Source: Candidatus Micrarchaeota archaeon | Lineage (GTDB): Archaea; Micrarchaeota; Micrarchaeia; Anstonellales; Anstonellaceae | Reading direction: 5' to 3' | Assembly (NCBI GenBank): GCA_964650545.1 | Contig: CAZYTZ010000003.1 | Location: 1-46,096 of the forward strand | DNA length: 46,096 bases | Shown here: positions 45,314 through 46,096 of the stretch, piece by piece | How positions within the stretch are numbered: the stretch's first letter is position 1 | How the letters are laid out: every line of letters begins with the position of its first letter | Position numbers and translations under genes: made by a program | The notes under the pieces: generated by a model | What the model was told of the DNA's origin: nothing | Database searches by the model: none | The model's input: only the letters and a program-made list of their open reading frames with translations

Positions 45314-45344
45314 GGGAAAGAAAAAAAAGGAAAAAAGAAACTTC

Positions 45345-45905
45345 TCAGCCAACTATCTCCTTGATGTTCAAGGCAAGCACTATCAGCACCAAGCCGTAGA
45401 CTATCATGAAGATGGCCACGAGCATGATGAGCGCTATTGCGGAGCCGAGCAGGTTGAACAGCACTATGAAGCCAAGCGCAAGCAGCACAAGGCCAAGCGC
45501 GATTCCCAGCGTTTTGCCTTTCTTTGCCTTGAGCGCATAGGCGATGTGCCCTGCGCCGGACACCAGTGCGACGAGGCCCAGAAGCGCTGCAAGCGCCCCG
45601 AATGCAAGGATGACGCCGCCGGTCACGAATGGCGAGCCGAACAGCATAATCATTCCCACAATCAGGGAAACCGCGCCGCTTGTGGCCAGGTTGCCCGCAT
45701 ACCTTGCGGCGTGCCCGAAGAACAGCGCCTCGCAAAGCTTGAGCACTCCAACCACCGTCAGCACTGCGCCGATGATGAGCACGGCAGTCTCAATGGTCAT
45801 TGCGGGCGTGAAAAACAGTATCAGCCCGAACAGCACCATGAGCAGGCCCGAGATGCCGATAAGCCATCCCGCCTTCTCTATCAGTTTATCATTTCCCTTA
45901 GCCAT
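45345..45905 (-). CDS. HdeD/DUF308 family membrane protein
   Basis: Six Gly-rich TM segments in repeated G...G....P pattern; GGAGGT SD before ATG 45905. Confidence 0.75.
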   Translation of the reverse strand: MAKGNDKLIEKAGWLIGISGLLMVLFGLILFFTPAMTIETAVLIIGAVLTVVGVLKLCEALFFGHAARYAGNLATSGAVSLIVGMIMLFGSPFVTGGVILAFGALAALLGLVALVSGAGHIAYALKAKKGKTLGIALGLVLLALGFIVLFNLLGSAIALIMLVAIFMIVYGLVLIVLALNIKEIVG

Positions 45906-46032
45906 AGGCAATACCTCCAATTCGCGCGCACTCCCCATAGCCGAAAAGCAGCATCTGCCAGGGAGCATTTCCATCGCGCATTGACAGCATTTCTCGCGCG
46001 CAGCTTATAAATATTGGTTCGGCGGCGCTCAG

Positions 46033-46096
46033 GGGGGAATCTTTAGTTGCCTAGGCGCGGGAAACCCAATGCCTTCAGGCATTGGATGAAAGCGCC
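46033..46096 (+). ncRNA. Possible 5' end of a structured RNA, truncated by the window edge
   Basis: ttataaat at 46005-12; hairpin ggcgc..ccaatgcc-ttca-ggcattgg..gcgcc (46054-46096). Confidence 0.25.

Overview
Archaeal chromosomal segment, most likely from a DPANN lineage such as Micrarchaeota (inference from archaeal/eukaryote-type ribosomal proteins S4e/L32e/L19e, Dph2, SUI1, Rpp29, short XPF, a class III signal peptide protein and a tRNA with a non-canonical intron). It holds housekeeping genes (ppsA 3' end, dph2, pyrH, glnA, smc, xpf), the L3-L15 ribosomal superoperon with no secY following it, a two-intron tRNA-Ile(GAU), and membrane/metabolic genes (DUF2207, DedA, MscS, YjbQ, squalene synthase-like, PurD-like). 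Single orphan genes are scattered between the core genes. Main observations: (1) two orphan genes are each followed by a degenerate copy of the 3' end of the gene upstream of them (42/52 nt, preserving frame and stop codon; and 19/20 nt), the footprint of single-gene insertion with 3'-end replacement, with no integrase or transposase in the window; (2) tRNA-Ile carries a 34-nt intron at the unusual position 9/10 plus a canonical 37/38 intron; (3) several densely structured non-coding regions, including a candidate ribosomal leader before rpl3; (4) a P-loop kinase-deoxycytidylate deaminase fusion with the AvcD/DcdV antiviral architecture. No CRISPR array, rRNA, integrase or transposase was recognised. 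All product calls come from motif recognition by eye, not database searches.
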